Shown here: positions 38,173 to 51,600 of the stretch, one piece after another | Numbering within the stretch: position 1 is the stretch's first letter | How the letters are laid out: each line of letters starts with the position of its first letter | Assembly (NCBI RefSeq): GCF_009914755.1 | Contig: NC_060947.1 | DNA from: the human T2T-CHM13v2.0 reference genome, Homo sapiens | Length of the DNA: 64,000 nt | Strand: one strand, 5' to 3' | The notes under the pieces: model-generated | The model's input: the letters and a program-made list of their open reading frames with translations, nothing else | Databases searched by the model: none | What the model was told of the DNA's origin: nothing | Translations under genes and position numbers: made by a program

Positions 38173-41100
38173 TTTTTTTTCTTTTCCATTTTTATTTTAG
38201 GTTCAAGAGGTATATGTGCAGATTTCTTTCACAGGTAAATTGAATGTCACGGGGATTTGGTGTACCGATAATGTCATCATTCAGGTAATACACATAGTAT
38301 CTGATAGGTTTTTGATTATCGCTTTCTTCCTAACCTCGAGCGTCAAGTAGGACCTTGCATCCAGTGTTCCCTTTTTTCGTGTCCATGTGTACTCAATGAT
38401 TAAATCCCACTTATAAGTAAAAACATATGGTATTTGGTTTTCTGTTCCTGTATTAATTTGCTTAGGATAATGGCCTACAATTTTATTGAACTTTCACATT
38501 CCTCATTAGCTGTTGACAATGTTGGGTAATATGATTCATCCAGCTTTGTTCATTTGGCTTTTTAGGATCTTTTTTGATTCCATATGATTTTTTGAATAGC
38601 TTTTTTTTTAATTCTGTGAAAAATTTTATTGGTAGTTTGATAGGTATAGCGTTGAATCTCTCAATTCTTTGGGAAGTATGGTTATTTAACAATATTAATT
38701 ATTCCTATCCATGAGCATGAAATTGTGTCATCTCTGAATTCTTTCAGCAGTGTTTTCTGATTCTGATTAAAGAGAACTTTCACATTCCTCATTAGCTGTT
38801 GACAGTGTTGAATATTTGTCCCCATCCTAATCTCATGTTGAATTTTAATCACCAGCGTTGGAGGTGGGGACTGGTGGAAGATGATTAGATAAGGGCAATG
38901 AAATCTCATGAGTTGCTGTTTTTCTCACAATATTGAGTGAGTTCTCATGAGATGTGGTTATTTAAAAGTATGTCAGTACTCCCCCCACCACTCCTGCTTT
39001 TGCCATGTGATATGCCTGGTCATGCTTCATCTTCTGGAATGAGTAAAATTTCCTGAGGGCTCCCCAGAAGCTGTGCAGATGTTGTCACCATGCTTCCTGT
39101 ACAACCTTCAGAATCATAAGCTAATTAAACTTCTTCTCTTTGTAAATTACCCAGCCTCAGGTATTTCTTTATAGCAATAAAGAACAGCCTAATACAGAAA
39201 ATTGGTACCAAGGGATGAGACATTGTTACACATAAACCTTAAAAGGTGGAAGCAGCTTTGGAACTGGGCAATAGGTAGAAGTTGAGAGAGTTCAGTGGGC
39301 TCAGAAGAAGATAGGAAGATTAAGGACAGTTTGGAACTCCTTAGAGACTGGTTAAATGATTGTACCCAAAATGCTTATAGTGAAATGAACAGTGAAGTCT
39401 AGATTGCTAAGGTCTCAGATAAAAAATGAGATACTTATGAGAAATTGAAGCAAAGGTCATATGTTATGCCTCAGAAAACAACTTGGCTGCATTGTGTTTA
39501 TACCCTGGGAATCTGTGAAAGTTTGAATTTGAGAGTGATGATTTAGGGTATATGGTAGAAGACATTTCTAAGCAGCAAAACATTCAAGATGTGGCCTGGC
39601 TACTGCTAACAGCTTATGCTGAGATGTAGGACCAAAAAAAAAATGTTTTAAAGTCAGAGCTTATATTGAAAAGGAAAGCAGAGCATGAAAGTTTAGGAAA
39701 TTTGTAGGTTTGTCTTGTGGCAGAGAAATAAAAAGCATTTTCAGGGGAATAATTCAAGCCAGCCGTGGAGCAACAACTTACTAGAGAGACTGGCATAAAT
39801 AAAAAAGAATCAGGGGAAAGACAATGGGAAAAAGATCTTGAAAGTATTTCAGAGATCTAGGAAGTAGCCCTTCCAAACACAGGCTCTGAGGCCTATGAGG
39901 ACTGAGTTGTTTTGTGGGGCAAGCCCAGCTCTTCACTGCCCTCCACAGCCTCGGAACATTGCTCCTTGTATTGTGGTAACTTTGTCTCCAAATTCACCTC
40001 AAAGGGCTCCAGATAGAGCTTGGGCTACTGCTTCAGAGGGTAAAAGCCATAATCCATAACAGCTTCCATGTAGTTAAGCCTGCAAGTATGCAGAGTGCAA
40101 GAGTAAAGGAGGCTTGGTACCCACTGCCTAGATTTCAGGGGATGTATGAGAAAAGCTGAGTGCCCTGGCAGAAGCTTGCTACAGGGACAGAGCCCTCACA
40201 GAGAAGTTCTACTAGGGTAGTTCCAAGGAGAAATGTGGGTTTGGAGCCCCACACAGAGCCCCCAGCAGGGCACAGCCTAGTGGAGCTGTGAGAAGGAGGC
40301 CAGTATCTTTCAGCTTCCATAATGGTGAATCTACTGGCAGTTTTCTCCCTGCATCTGGAAAATCTGCTTGTACTCAACAACCCATGAGCCTCCATGGAGC
40401 TGAACCCTGCAAAGCCAGAGTTGCACAGCTGTCCAAGCCTTTGGGAGCCCACTTTTTGCACCATTGTGCTCTAGATATGTGTCATGTAGTAAAATGAGAT
40501 TTTTTGGAGCTTTAAGATTTAAGGACTGCCCTGCTGGGTTTTGAACTGGCATGAGTCCTGTAACCCCCTTCTTTTGGATGTTTTCTCTATTTTGGAACAA
40601 TATTGTTTACCCAATGACTATACTTCCATTGTAATTTGGAACTAAACCACTTGTTTGTGATTTTACAGGCTTATAGGTGGAAGAAACTTGCCTAATCTCC
40701 ATTAAGTTTTTAGACTTGGGCTTGAGACTTTTAAGATAATGCTGCAATGAGTTAAGAATTTGGGGGAATATTGAGGAGGTGTATTTATATTTTTCAATGT
40801 GAGAAGGACATGAACTTCGAAAGGAGCAGGTGCATATTAATATAGTTTGAATATTCATCTCCACATAAATCTCATGTTGAATTGTAATTCCCAGTGTTGG
40901 AGCTATCAATGAGCCTAGTTGGAGGCTATTGGATCATGAGAGTGAATCACTCTTGGCTTGGTGCTTTCCTCACTATAATGAATGAGTTCTCATAAAATCT
41001 GGCTGTTTGAAGTTATGTGTCACCTCCCCATTCCTTTTGCTCCTGATTTTTTCATGCAACATGCCTGCTCCCGCTTTACCTTCTGCCATTAGTAAAAGCT

Positions 41101-44100
41101 CTCTGAGGCATTCTCAGAATATGAGCAGATGCCAGCATCATGATTCCTGTATACCCTGCAGAACTGAGAGCCTATTAAACTTATTTTCTTTATAAATTAC
41201 CCAGCCTCAGGTATTTCTTTATAGCAATGCATGAACAGCCCAATACAGTAGTATTCTTGATATTTTATTTTTCTGATCATTGTGAATGTGATTGCATTCT
41301 TGATTTGGCACTTAGCTTGGATGTTACTGATGTATAGAAATACTACTGATTTTTATACATTAATTTTGTATCCTGGAACTTGCTGAAGTACTTTATCAGA
41401 TCTATCAGCTTTTGGGCAAAGTTTGTGGGGTTTTCTAGGCATTAAATCATATCATCTGAAAACAGAGATAGATTGACTTTCTTTCTTCCTATTTGGATGC
41501 CTTTTATTTCTTTCTCCTCTTGCCTGACTGTTCTGGCTAGGACTTCCAATACTATATTGAATAGGAGTGGCAAGAGTCGGCATCTTTGTCTCATTTCAGT
41601 TCTCAAGGGGAATGCTTCCAGATTTTGCCCATTCAGTATGATGTTACCTGTGGGTTTGTCACAGGTGGCTCTTGGTATTTTGAAGTATACTCCTTTGATG
41701 CCTAGTTTATTAAGGGTTTTTAACATATAAGAATGCTTCATCTCAATACATGCAAAAGCCTTTTTTGCATGTATTGAGATAATCATGTAGTTTTGGTTTT
41801 TAATATTTTTTATGCAATAAATCACATTTATTGATTTGGGTATTTTGAACCAATCTTGCATCCCAGGGATAAAGCCTACTTGATCATGGTGGATTCACCT
41901 TTTCATGTGCTGCTGCATTCAGTTTGCTAGTATTTTGGTGAAGATGTTTGCATCTATGTTCATCAAGGATATGGACCTTAAGTTCTTTTTGTTGTTTTTT
42001 TTTTTTGTCTCTGCCAAGTTTTGGTATCTGAGTGATGATGGCCTCATAGAAGGAGTTAGGGAGGCATTCCTCTAACACACTTTTTAGAAGTGTTTCAGTA
42101 GGAATGGTACCAGCTTTTCTTTGTATGTCTTGTGTAATTTGTCTGTGAATCCTTCTTGTGCAGGCTTTTTCTGATTGGTAGGGTTCTTATTACTGATTCT
42201 ATTTTGGAACACATTGTTAGTTTTGTTCAGGTGTCAATTTCTTACTGGATCAATCTTGTGAGACTGTGTATTTCTAAGGATTTATTTACTCCTTGTAGGT
42301 TTTCTAATTTGTGTGCAGAGATGTATTCATAATAATCTCTGAGAGTGTTTCTGTATTTCTGTGAGGTCAGTGGTTATGTCTCCTTTGTCATTCCCGATTG
42401 TGTTTAATTATATCTTCTTTGTCTTTTTATTAGTCTAGCTAGCGGTCTATCAATCTTATTTGAAAAAAAACAAACCTCTGGTTTCATGATCTTTTGCATG
42501 GTTTTTCTCCTCTCAATTTCCTTCATTTCAACTGTGATTTTGTTTATTTCTTGTCTTCTACCTTTAAGGTTGGTTTGGTCTTACTTCTCTAGTTCTCTAG
42601 GTGTAATATTAGGTTGTTAATTTGAGATCTTTCTGACTTTTTGATGTGGTTATTTAGGTCTATAAGCTCTCCTCTTTAAACAGCTTTAGCTGTGTCCCAG
42701 AGATTTTGATATGTTGTATCTTTGTTTTCATTAGTTTCAAAAAATTTCTTGATTTCTGCCTTAATTTCATTATTTACCCAGATGTCATGCAGGAGCAGAT
42801 TGTTTAATTTCTATGTAATTGTATGGTTTGGAATGATCTCAGTATTGATTTCTATTTTTATTGTGTCGTGGTTTAAGAGTGTGATTGTTATAATTTTGTT
42901 TTTTTAAATTGGCTGAGAATTGTTTTATGGCAGACTTCATGGTCAATTTTAGAGTATGGGCTATGAGCAAATGAAAAGAATGTACACTCTGTTGGTTTCA
43001 TGTGTAGAGTTTTGTAGATATCTGTTAGGTTGTTTTGGCCAAGTGTCGAGTTCAGTTCCCAGATGTCTTTGTGGGATTAGAGTTCTTTAGATATCTCTTA
43101 GCTTCTTTTGGTCAAGTGTTAAGTACAGCTCCCAAATTTTTTTTTTTAGTTTTCTCCCTCAATTATCTGTCTAATACTGCCAGTACAGTGTTGAAGTTTT
43201 TCATTATTATTATGTGGTTATCCAAGTCTCTTTGTAGGCCTCTAAGAACTTGTTTTATGAATCTGGGTGCTCCTGTGTTGGGTGCAAATATATATTTGGG
43301 GATAGGTGAGTCTTGCTGAATTGAACACTTTACCATTATGTAACGCCCTTCTGTGCCTTTTCTGATCATTGTTAAAGTCTATTTTGTCTGAAATTAGATT
43401 ACCAACCTCTGCTTTTTTTGTTGTTTTCCATTTGCTTGGTAGATTTTTCTCCATCCCTTTAATTTGAGCTCATGGGTGTCTTTGCATGTGAGACGGATCT
43501 CTTGAAGATACCATACAATTGGGTCTTGCTTCTTTTTCGAACTTTCCCCTCTGTGTTTTCAATTGGGGGATTTAGCCAGTTTATATTTAAGGTTAACATT
43601 GATATGTGAGGATTTGTTCCTATCATCGTGCTGTTAGCTGATTATTATGCAGACTGATTGTGTAGTTGCCTTATAGTGTTGATGGTCTGTGTACTTAAGT
43701 GTATTTTTGTGGTGGCTAATAATGGTCTCTCATTTCCATATTTAACACTCCCGTAGTGACTTATTGTAAGGCAGGTCTGATGGCAACACATTTCGTTAGC
43801 ATTTGCTTGTCTGAAAAGGATCTTTTTTCTCCTTTGCATACGAAGCTTAGTTTGGCTGCATATAAAATTCTTGGTTGGAACTTATTTTCTTAAGAATGCT
43901 GAATATAGGTCCTCAATCTCTACTGGCTTGTAGGGTTTCTGCTGAGAGATTCACTGTTAGCCTGATGGGGCACCCTTTGTTGATGATCCGCCTCTTCTCT
44001 CTAGCTGCCTTCAATATATTTTCTTTCATGTCGACCTTGGAGAATCTGATGTCTATATGTCTTGAGTATGGTCAGCTTGTACAGTATCTTGTATGGGTTC

Positions 44101-44900
44101 TCTGCATTTTTAAAATTTGAATCTTGGCTTCTCTAATGAGGCTGGAAAAATTTTGGTGGATGATATCCTGAAACATGTTTTTTTGTTGTTGCTCACTTTT
44201 TCTCTCTTTTAGGTATACACTTTTTCTCTCTTTGAGTTATATATTTGGTCTCTTTATATAATCCTATGCTTTTTGCTTTTTGAAGGTTTTGTTCATTTTT
44301 TACATTATTTTTTTCTTTACTTTTGTCTGGGTAAATTCAGAGAACTAGTCTTCAAGCTCTGAGATTATATCCACAGCTTGGTCTATTCTGCTATCAATAT
44401 TTGTGATTGTATTATGAAATGTTTGTGGTGAGTTTTTCAGCCTTATCAGATCATTTCGGTTCTTTCTCTTTCAGCTCCTGTACTATTTTGTTGTATTCCT
44501 TAGATTCCTTGAATTGGGTTTCAACTTTCTACTAAATCCCAGTGATCTTCATTCTGACCCATATTATGAATTCTATGTTTGTCATTTTAGCCATTTCAGC
44601 CTGGTTGAGAACCATTGCTAGGGGAACTACTGCTGTCATTTGTAGGTAAATTTAGATTTTTGAGTTGCTGGAGTTCTTGCATTGGTTCTTATGTGTGTGG
44701 GTGTATGATCCTTTAATCTTTGAAGTTGCTGGCTTTTGCATGGGGTTTTTTGCTTTTATCTTCTTTGGTGCCCTTGGGGATTTGATTGTGGTATAAGGTA
44801 TATTCAGTTGACTAGCTTTTATCCTAGAAGATTTTAGGGGTTTAAGTCTCAGCTCAGCACTCCTGGGCTATATGCTCTAACTTTGGCAGGTTGGTACTGG
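38173..44900 (-). mobile_element. Long LINE-1 (L1PA15/16-like), interrupted by an MST provirus, with an internal deletion near the 3' end
   Basis: 3'UTR at 38173-38480; ORF2 RT remnant 41442-41861 (LSLFSDDMI); endonuclease remnant 43163-43369 (APNTGAPRFIKQVL); ORF1 remnants to about 44800. Confidence 0.92.
38800..41247 (+). mobile_element. Full-length MST (MSTA/MSTB-like) MaLR provirus
   Basis: LTRs at 38800-39196 and 40838-41247 both end AATTACCCAGCCTCAGGTATTTCTTTATAGCAAT..AATACA. The internal region starts GAAAATTGGTACC. Imperfect TSD GCTGT/GTAGT. Confidence 0.92.
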
Positions 44901-45439
44901 AAAGGTATTTAAAGGTACTGTTGGCATTTTTTACTTGGGAGAATACATATATATTGGTGTCACTCAATGTAATAGGACACATAGAAGAATAAAGTAATAT
45001 ATAATGGGAGGTGACATCTCATTTAAATTTATTGGTGGTGCTTGTAGAATAAATGAGTAAAAACAAATGATGCAAAGAATGCATAAAAAATATGTAGGCA
45101 ATAATGCCTAGAGTTTTTAGCTGCCTAAGAATATTTCATGTCTTCACCTTATATTTATAGGAAAAACAAAAAGCAGATTTTCTTTGTACACCATATTTAT
45201 AATTTTATCAATATTTCTTGAACTGAATTTCAATGTTGGCTAGAAATTTATGTAAACTATTCCGTATATATCATACAGAGAAAGACTCTTTAGGCTATTG
45301 GCTCTTGATATGTTAGTATTATCTTAATTCAAATTTGTTTAAAATTTCTACAATAGGAAATATGAACATTTCAGACAAATACTCAAAGAGAAATATTAGA
45401 AATTGGAAATAAGAGATTTCAGCCTAATGTGCTAATAAA

Positions 45440-45912
45440 TACAGGACTTGGCAGTAGTCGCTCTGTCCTGACAAGTAAAATGCTGAAAAAACTGAAAATC
45501 AGAGACTCTTCATCGATCCATCAAATAACAGAAGTCAAAAAAAAAAACCACACTATTTTTCAAATTGGAAACACATTCTAGTGCATATGAAGAATCACAA
45601 CTTATTCAAATAAAATTAAAAGCAAACACTTCGTGGATATTAGTAATGGGGTAGAAAACCCTACCCCCAAATTATACTGTAATTGACAAATTGATGGAAG
45701 CTAAGCGTGGACAAGACTGGGAGCTAAAAGGAAAAACACCTTCAAGGAGGCCTGGTCTTAGGAGGCCCTCAAACTTTTATGCATTTTACCTCTTGGATAC
45801 ATCCCACATTTCCACAGTAAAGATAATGGGTGTACTTCTGGCAGGGTGAGGAAAAAATTAGATATTTTTAAATACACCTAGAGCATTCTCTTCCTTTTAA
45901 GAAGGCCTGCTC
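45440..45912 (+). mobile_element. Old L1 (L1MC/L1MD-type) 5'UTR fragment
   Basis: GCTGAAAAAACTGAAAATCAG..CTCTTC..GATCCATC; similar to 26400-26455. Confidence 0.55.
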
Positions 45913-45913
45913 G

Positions 45914-48092
45914 GTGGCAATCTCCTCCATGTTTTCTCTCTCTCCTACTGTGATGTAAGATGTGCCTTGCTTTTCCGTTGCCTCCTGCCATGATTGTAAG
46001 ATTGCTGAGGTCTCTCCAACCATGTGGAACTGTGAGTTAATTAAACCTCTTTTGTTTATAAATTACCCAGTCTCAGGTAGTGTCTTTATAGCAGCGTGAG
46101 AATGGACTAATATAGAGAATTGGTAGTAGGAGTTGGGTACTGTTATAAAGATGACCTGAAAATGTGGAAGCGACTTTAGAACTGGGTAACAGGCAGAGTT
46201 TGGAGCAGTTTTGAGGGCTCAGAAAAAGAGAGAAATATGTGGAAAATTTTGGAACTTCCTAGAGACTTGTTGAATGGTTTTGGCCACAATGCTGATAGTG
46301 ATATGGACAATAAAGTCCAGGCTGAGGTGGCCTCAGATAGAGATGAGTAATTTGTTGGGAACTGGAGCAAAGGTCACTCTTGCTATGCTATGCTTTAGCA
46401 AAGAGATTGGTAGCATTTTGCCCCTTCCCTAGAGATCCATTCAACTTTGAACTCGAGAGAGATAATTTAGGGTATCTGGCAGAAGAAATTTTTAAGCAGT
46501 AAAACATTCAAGAGGTTACCTGGCTTATTCTGAAAGCATTCACTTATATGCATTCACAAAGAGATGGTTTGAAATTGGAACTTATGTTTAAAAAGGAAGC
46601 AGAGCATAAAGGTTTGGAAAATTTGCAGGCTGACCATTTGGTAGAAAAGAATAACCCATGTTCCTGGGAGGAATTCAAGCTGGCTGCAGAAATTTGCATA
46701 AGTAACGAGGAGTCGAATGTTAACCACCAAGACAATGGGGCAAAGGTCTCTAGGGCATTTCGGAGATCTTCATGGCAGCTCTTCCCATCACAGGCCTGGA
46801 GGCTGAGGAGGGAAAAGTGGTTTTGTGGCCCAGGCATTTGGCCCTGCTACTCTGTGCAGCCCCAGAAGTTGGTGCCCTACATCCAAGCCACTCCAGCTTC
46901 ACCCATGCATAAAAGGGACAAACATGCAGCCCAGGCCATCACTTCAGAGGATGAAAGCCCGAAGCCTTGGCAACTTCCACATGGTGTTGGGCCTGTAGGT
47001 GCACTGAAGCCAAGAGCTGAGGTTTGGGAACCTCAACCTAGGTTTGAGAGGATGTATGGAAAGGCCTGGATGTCCAGACAGAAGTCTGCTGCAGGGGCAT
47101 AACCTTCATGGAGCACCTCTATTATGGCAATGCAGAGGGGAAATGTGGGGTTGGAGCTTCCACACAGAGTCCCCACTGGGGCACCACTTAGTGGAGCTGT
47201 GAGAAGAGAGCCACCATCCTCTAGACCTCAGGATGGTAGTTCCACTGACAGCTTGCACAATGCACCTGGAAAAGACACAGGCACTCAATGCCAGCCTATG
47301 AAAGTAGCTGCAGGGGATGTACCATGCAGAGCCACAAGGGCAGAGCTACCCAAGTCATTGGGAGCCAACCCCTTGCATCAGCATTACCTGGGTATAAGAC
47401 ATGGAGTTAAAATAGATTATTTTGGAGCTTTAAGATTTAATAGCTGCTTGCTGGGTTTCAGACTTGCATGGGGCCTGTGACACCTTTGGTCAATTTGAAA
47501 GGGGAATATTTATGCAATTACTGAACCCCCATTGTACCTTGGAAGGAACTAACTCACTTTTTATTTTACAGGCTCATAGGCGAAAGGGACTTGCCTTGTC
47601 TTCGATGAAACTTTGGACTTGGACTTTTGAGTTAATGCTGGAATGAGTTAAGACTTTGGGGGACTGTTGAGAAGGCATAATTGGTTTTTCAATGTGAAAA
47701 GGACATGAGATTTAGGAGGGGCCAGAGTAGCATAACATGGTTTGGTTCTGTGTCCCCACCCAAATTTCATCTCGAATCCCCACTTGTCCAGGCAGGGACC
47801 TGGTTGCAGGTGATTGGATGATGTAGGAGGTTTCTCCCATGCTGTTCTTTTGACAGTGAGAGAGTTCTCAGGAGATCTGATGGTTTAAAAGTAGCAGTGC
47901 CTCCTCTGTGTTCTCTCTTTTTTTTCCACCACGTATGATGTGCCTTGCTTCCCCTTTGCCTTTCACAATAATTTTAAGTTTCCTAAGGCCTCCCCAGCCA
48001 TGCAGAACTGTAAGTAAATTAAACATCTTTTGTTTATAAATTACCCAGTCTCAGGTAGTAGCTTTATAGCAGTGTGAAATTAGACTGAGACA
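45914..48092 (+). mobile_element. THE1 (THE1D-like) MaLR provirus with a truncated 5' LTR
   Basis: Partial LTR 45914-46113, internal region 46114-47732 with MaLR ORF remnants, complete 3' LTR 47733-48092. Confidence 0.92.
46386..47480 (+). pseudogene. MaLR internal ORF remnant (THE1-int)
   Basis: ORFs 46548-47102 and 47124-47480 share one frame. That frame extends upstream to 46386, with TAA stops only at 46500 and 47100. Confidence 0.8.
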
Positions 48093-48678
48093 GTAATTTA
48101 AACAACAGCCAAGAAAGCTAGAGTCCAGATATGTTTAGTTTCCCTATGGAAACTATGGCCGTATGGAAACCCCCCACTGAGGACCCCCACCAAATGGATC
48201 CACTGACATGTAATGCTCAGATAGGGGGGCATTGAAGACTGGATTGTGACCATCATTCTCTGTAATATATTCTTTTTTGAGGGGTTTGGAAGAACTCACA
48301 CTTCTGAGACAGTTAAGATTTTTTTCTGCTGACCACAAATTATTAAACAAAGCTTTGCTTCCTTAACCAATTGCAAATCCAGAAATCATTAAATCTACCT
48401 ACAACCCATAAGGTTCTACTTTAAGCTATCTCAACATTTTTAGGCCAAAAACAATGTGTAACCTCTATCTATTGATTTAGTATTTTGCATGTAGCTTCTG
48501 CTTTTGTAAAATTTACCCCTGCCTTTTAAAATCTTGTCCTGCAAGACATCTGAGAGGTCCAGATTGGAGCAATAGCTTCTTGTCCCTCCTTGCTTGAAAC
48601 CCTGCAAAAAAATGCCACCTTTTCTATCACAGCAAAAACCTCATTGTGGATATGTGGTTTTACTGCACTGGGAAAATT
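48093..48678 (+). mobile_element. MER39-like ERV1 LTR, interrupted near its 3' end by the MER50 provirus (tail resumes at about 59667-59692)
   Basis: CTTCCTTAACCAATTGCAAATC...TTTAGGCCAAAAACAATGTGTAACCTC...TTACTGCACTGGG, resuming as AATGGACTCGGGTTCCGTTCTATA. Confidence 0.75.
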
Positions 48679-51600
48679 TGTTAGTGGCAGCGAATCTGTA
48701 TGATTCTGCAGCAACTTCAATTCTTGCCTCCTCAGAAGAAAAAATTCAAATGAGGGGCATAAGGCAGAAGAAGAGACTGAGGCAAGTTTTAGAGCAGGAG
48801 TGAAAATTTGTGAAAATGCTTTAGAGCAGGAATGAAAGGAAGTAATGTACACTTGGAAGAGGGCCAAGTGGGCAACCTGAAAGACAGGTTCATGGTTTGA
48901 CCTTTTGACTTGGGGTTTTATATACCGGCATACATTCATGGTCTCACATCCTTTCTCCCCTGATTCCTCCCTTGTGGTGGGCTGTTGACAAGCACAGCAG
49001 CTTACCAGTACTTGGAATTTGATCATGCACAGTGTGTTTACTGAAGTTGTAAGCATGCTCACTTGAGATGTTCTTCCCTTACCAGACAAATACTCCTAGA
49101 AGGTCATTTACCATTTAAACCCTGTCACTTTTCCTCTACATGTACATGGTTGAACTCAGCCATCCAACTCCTGAGATCTTATCAGGAAGCAGATGATCAC
49201 CAGTTTCAGGTTTTTTTCTATCTCTAGGAAGACTGCCTTTCCCTGGTGCTGGCTGTGGCCAATTATTATTTTAGAGAGAGATAGTTAACAATCACCTGAC
49301 CATCACCTGATGGTCTCCTGATATTCCTGGTCAGATGGAGCCCTCTCCTGCTCTGCTCATGCCTGACCAGCTACCTATTGTAGCATTTTCCCACTCATGA
49401 TCCTAAGACCCCAATTATTTGGAGAAAATGGACAAAGGTCAGTCTTCTGTAACTCTTCACTGCTGACAAAGAGGCAGTGGATCGCTCTGTGGGTCTTGGC
49501 CTGTTGCTAGCTGTCAGGGCAGGAAGGTGGCTCCATGGGTGTTTGAATGTGGTATCCAGCCAGGGTCTAGGGAGACAGGGGCAGGATTTTGCCTCTGTTA
49601 TGTCTCACTGACGGGCAGTCTAGGGGTCCCCTGTAGAAGAGTGACTCTGAATATTGAAAAGATGATATCCCTCACTGAGGATTATCTGGAGCTTGATAGC
49701 CTATCCCTTTTGTTTCTTCTGAGGTACAAACAGTAATCACTAGTTGGCTCACAGGAATAAGCAGAGTTAGTCTAAATTGCAGACAAAAACTCAAAAAGAA
49801 CTGATGAGACTAGAATCTAATAATAAATGTACCATAGTGCTCGAAACATGATTTTTATCCCTCCAGTTCTCATTTTTATTTAAAAAAAAATTAAAGTAAC
49901 TATTAGTTTGCAAAATAAAGTTTAGTTTTATGATACTTGGCAAGTTATTGGCATAAAGCACAGAAAGTTTATTTTCTATATAGGCTCCTTTTTAAATTGA
50001 CTTTGATGGATCTTCATTCCATAATGAATCTCATGCAAGAGTTTTCTTAAAGCCTTAAGCCTAGCCATGAATTGGTGCCATCAAATACCTGTATGATTGG
50101 GTAAATTCTTCTCCTCTTTAGGTCCTAAGATAACTTGAAGCTCCTGGGCCCATTAGAAAGTGACATTCTTTACTTACCAAAGGTCAGCAACCCTGTACAG
50201 GAACTGTGTAGACAAAGTATGAAGACAGTTTACCCAAGGGGTTTTATTGGCTCTATAAGTAAAATTTGATTCCTTAAGGGAAAGCATGCCATTCCAGTCA
50301 AAGCCTTGGTAAAATAACCAGATCCTCCAACTGTGTTCTGTTGTAAAAGAAACCAGATTCTTATTGCATTTATGCAAATAACTATATTGCCATTAGTTAA
50401 GAATACTCGCAAATAGCTTTCAAATTTTGAATAAATCCAGTAAGGAGAAATATGCTCCAAAGATTATTTATAGGAGTATATTTTACTGAATTGTTAAAAG
50501 ATGTAAATAGCTCAAAAGAAAAGTTTTCCTGGCTTTGAAAAACAAAATACCAGCAACATTTTAAGCAAAAAGTCATGAAATAATTAATTTAGTTTTCTAT
50601 TAGGTCAGGCCATGTGTACAGTTAACTTTTGTTCTGCTTGATATTCATAAACATTTCAGCTCTCCATGAGAGTCCTAAAAGTCTTTCCCTAATTCTAATG
50701 TCACAGTCTCCAAAGTCATCAGAATGCTGCATTCAAGAACACCTCTTAGATTTTTATAGCTGGTTATAAAACCACCTTCTAAAGAGGACCAAAAGAAAAC
50801 AATAATTTCCTTGGATGACAAGACATCTTAGGGCAGCCTCTATTAAAGCCACAATTGACTAGGAATTTTGGTTACTTCTTTGGCATATCATAACAATTTT
50901 ACCTAACAATTATAATGATTAATAACATACAGTAATTAATATCAGAATTATAGAACAAATTGGAATAAATGCTCATAACACATTTATAGAAATACAGCCC
51001 AAAGAAAGCCAAATATTACCTTCGCACTGGTGTATTGTTGATGTCAAACTTAGTTCTTAAAACCTTATAGACAAATCTATTCAATTTTAATCAGTCCGAC
51101 TCTATGGTAAGATTCTCATAAACCTTTTACAACACTTTACAATTTTATTTGTTAAAGAGCATCACAATGCTCTAAGAAAACCCTGTTGTGGTTTTATTCC
51201 AATATTTAATTTATAGAAAAACTGAATAATACTCCTTTATCTTTACCCAATAATTTCACACACAAATTTCTTTTTTACAAGATTAATTTTTCACAAACCT
51301 TCCATGACTTGTTCAAACTTTCAGGTTTTTTCCATCTAATGAAAAACAAAACTTGAATTCTTTAATCTAGGCAAAAATATACACATTACCTTGGCTTGTT
51401 ATAATCTTTTACAAAAAACACATTTCACTTTCCTTGCACACCTTACATGTAAAACTTTTTCTTTAGTAGTTTTAATTAAATGTTACAATGTTAACTCTTA
51501 GCAACTTTTATTTTTGGTGAAAAACCTGGTAAGTAAGTGATTTTAATTATGTACTAGGTGTGGAGCCTAGGAAACCAAATGAAAGTGTGAATAAGGTCTG

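Noticed and set aside
48526-49089. 187-aa ORF on the minus strand
   Set aside because: It spans the MER50 LTR and MER39 junction, with no recognisable protein similarity; a chance ORF.
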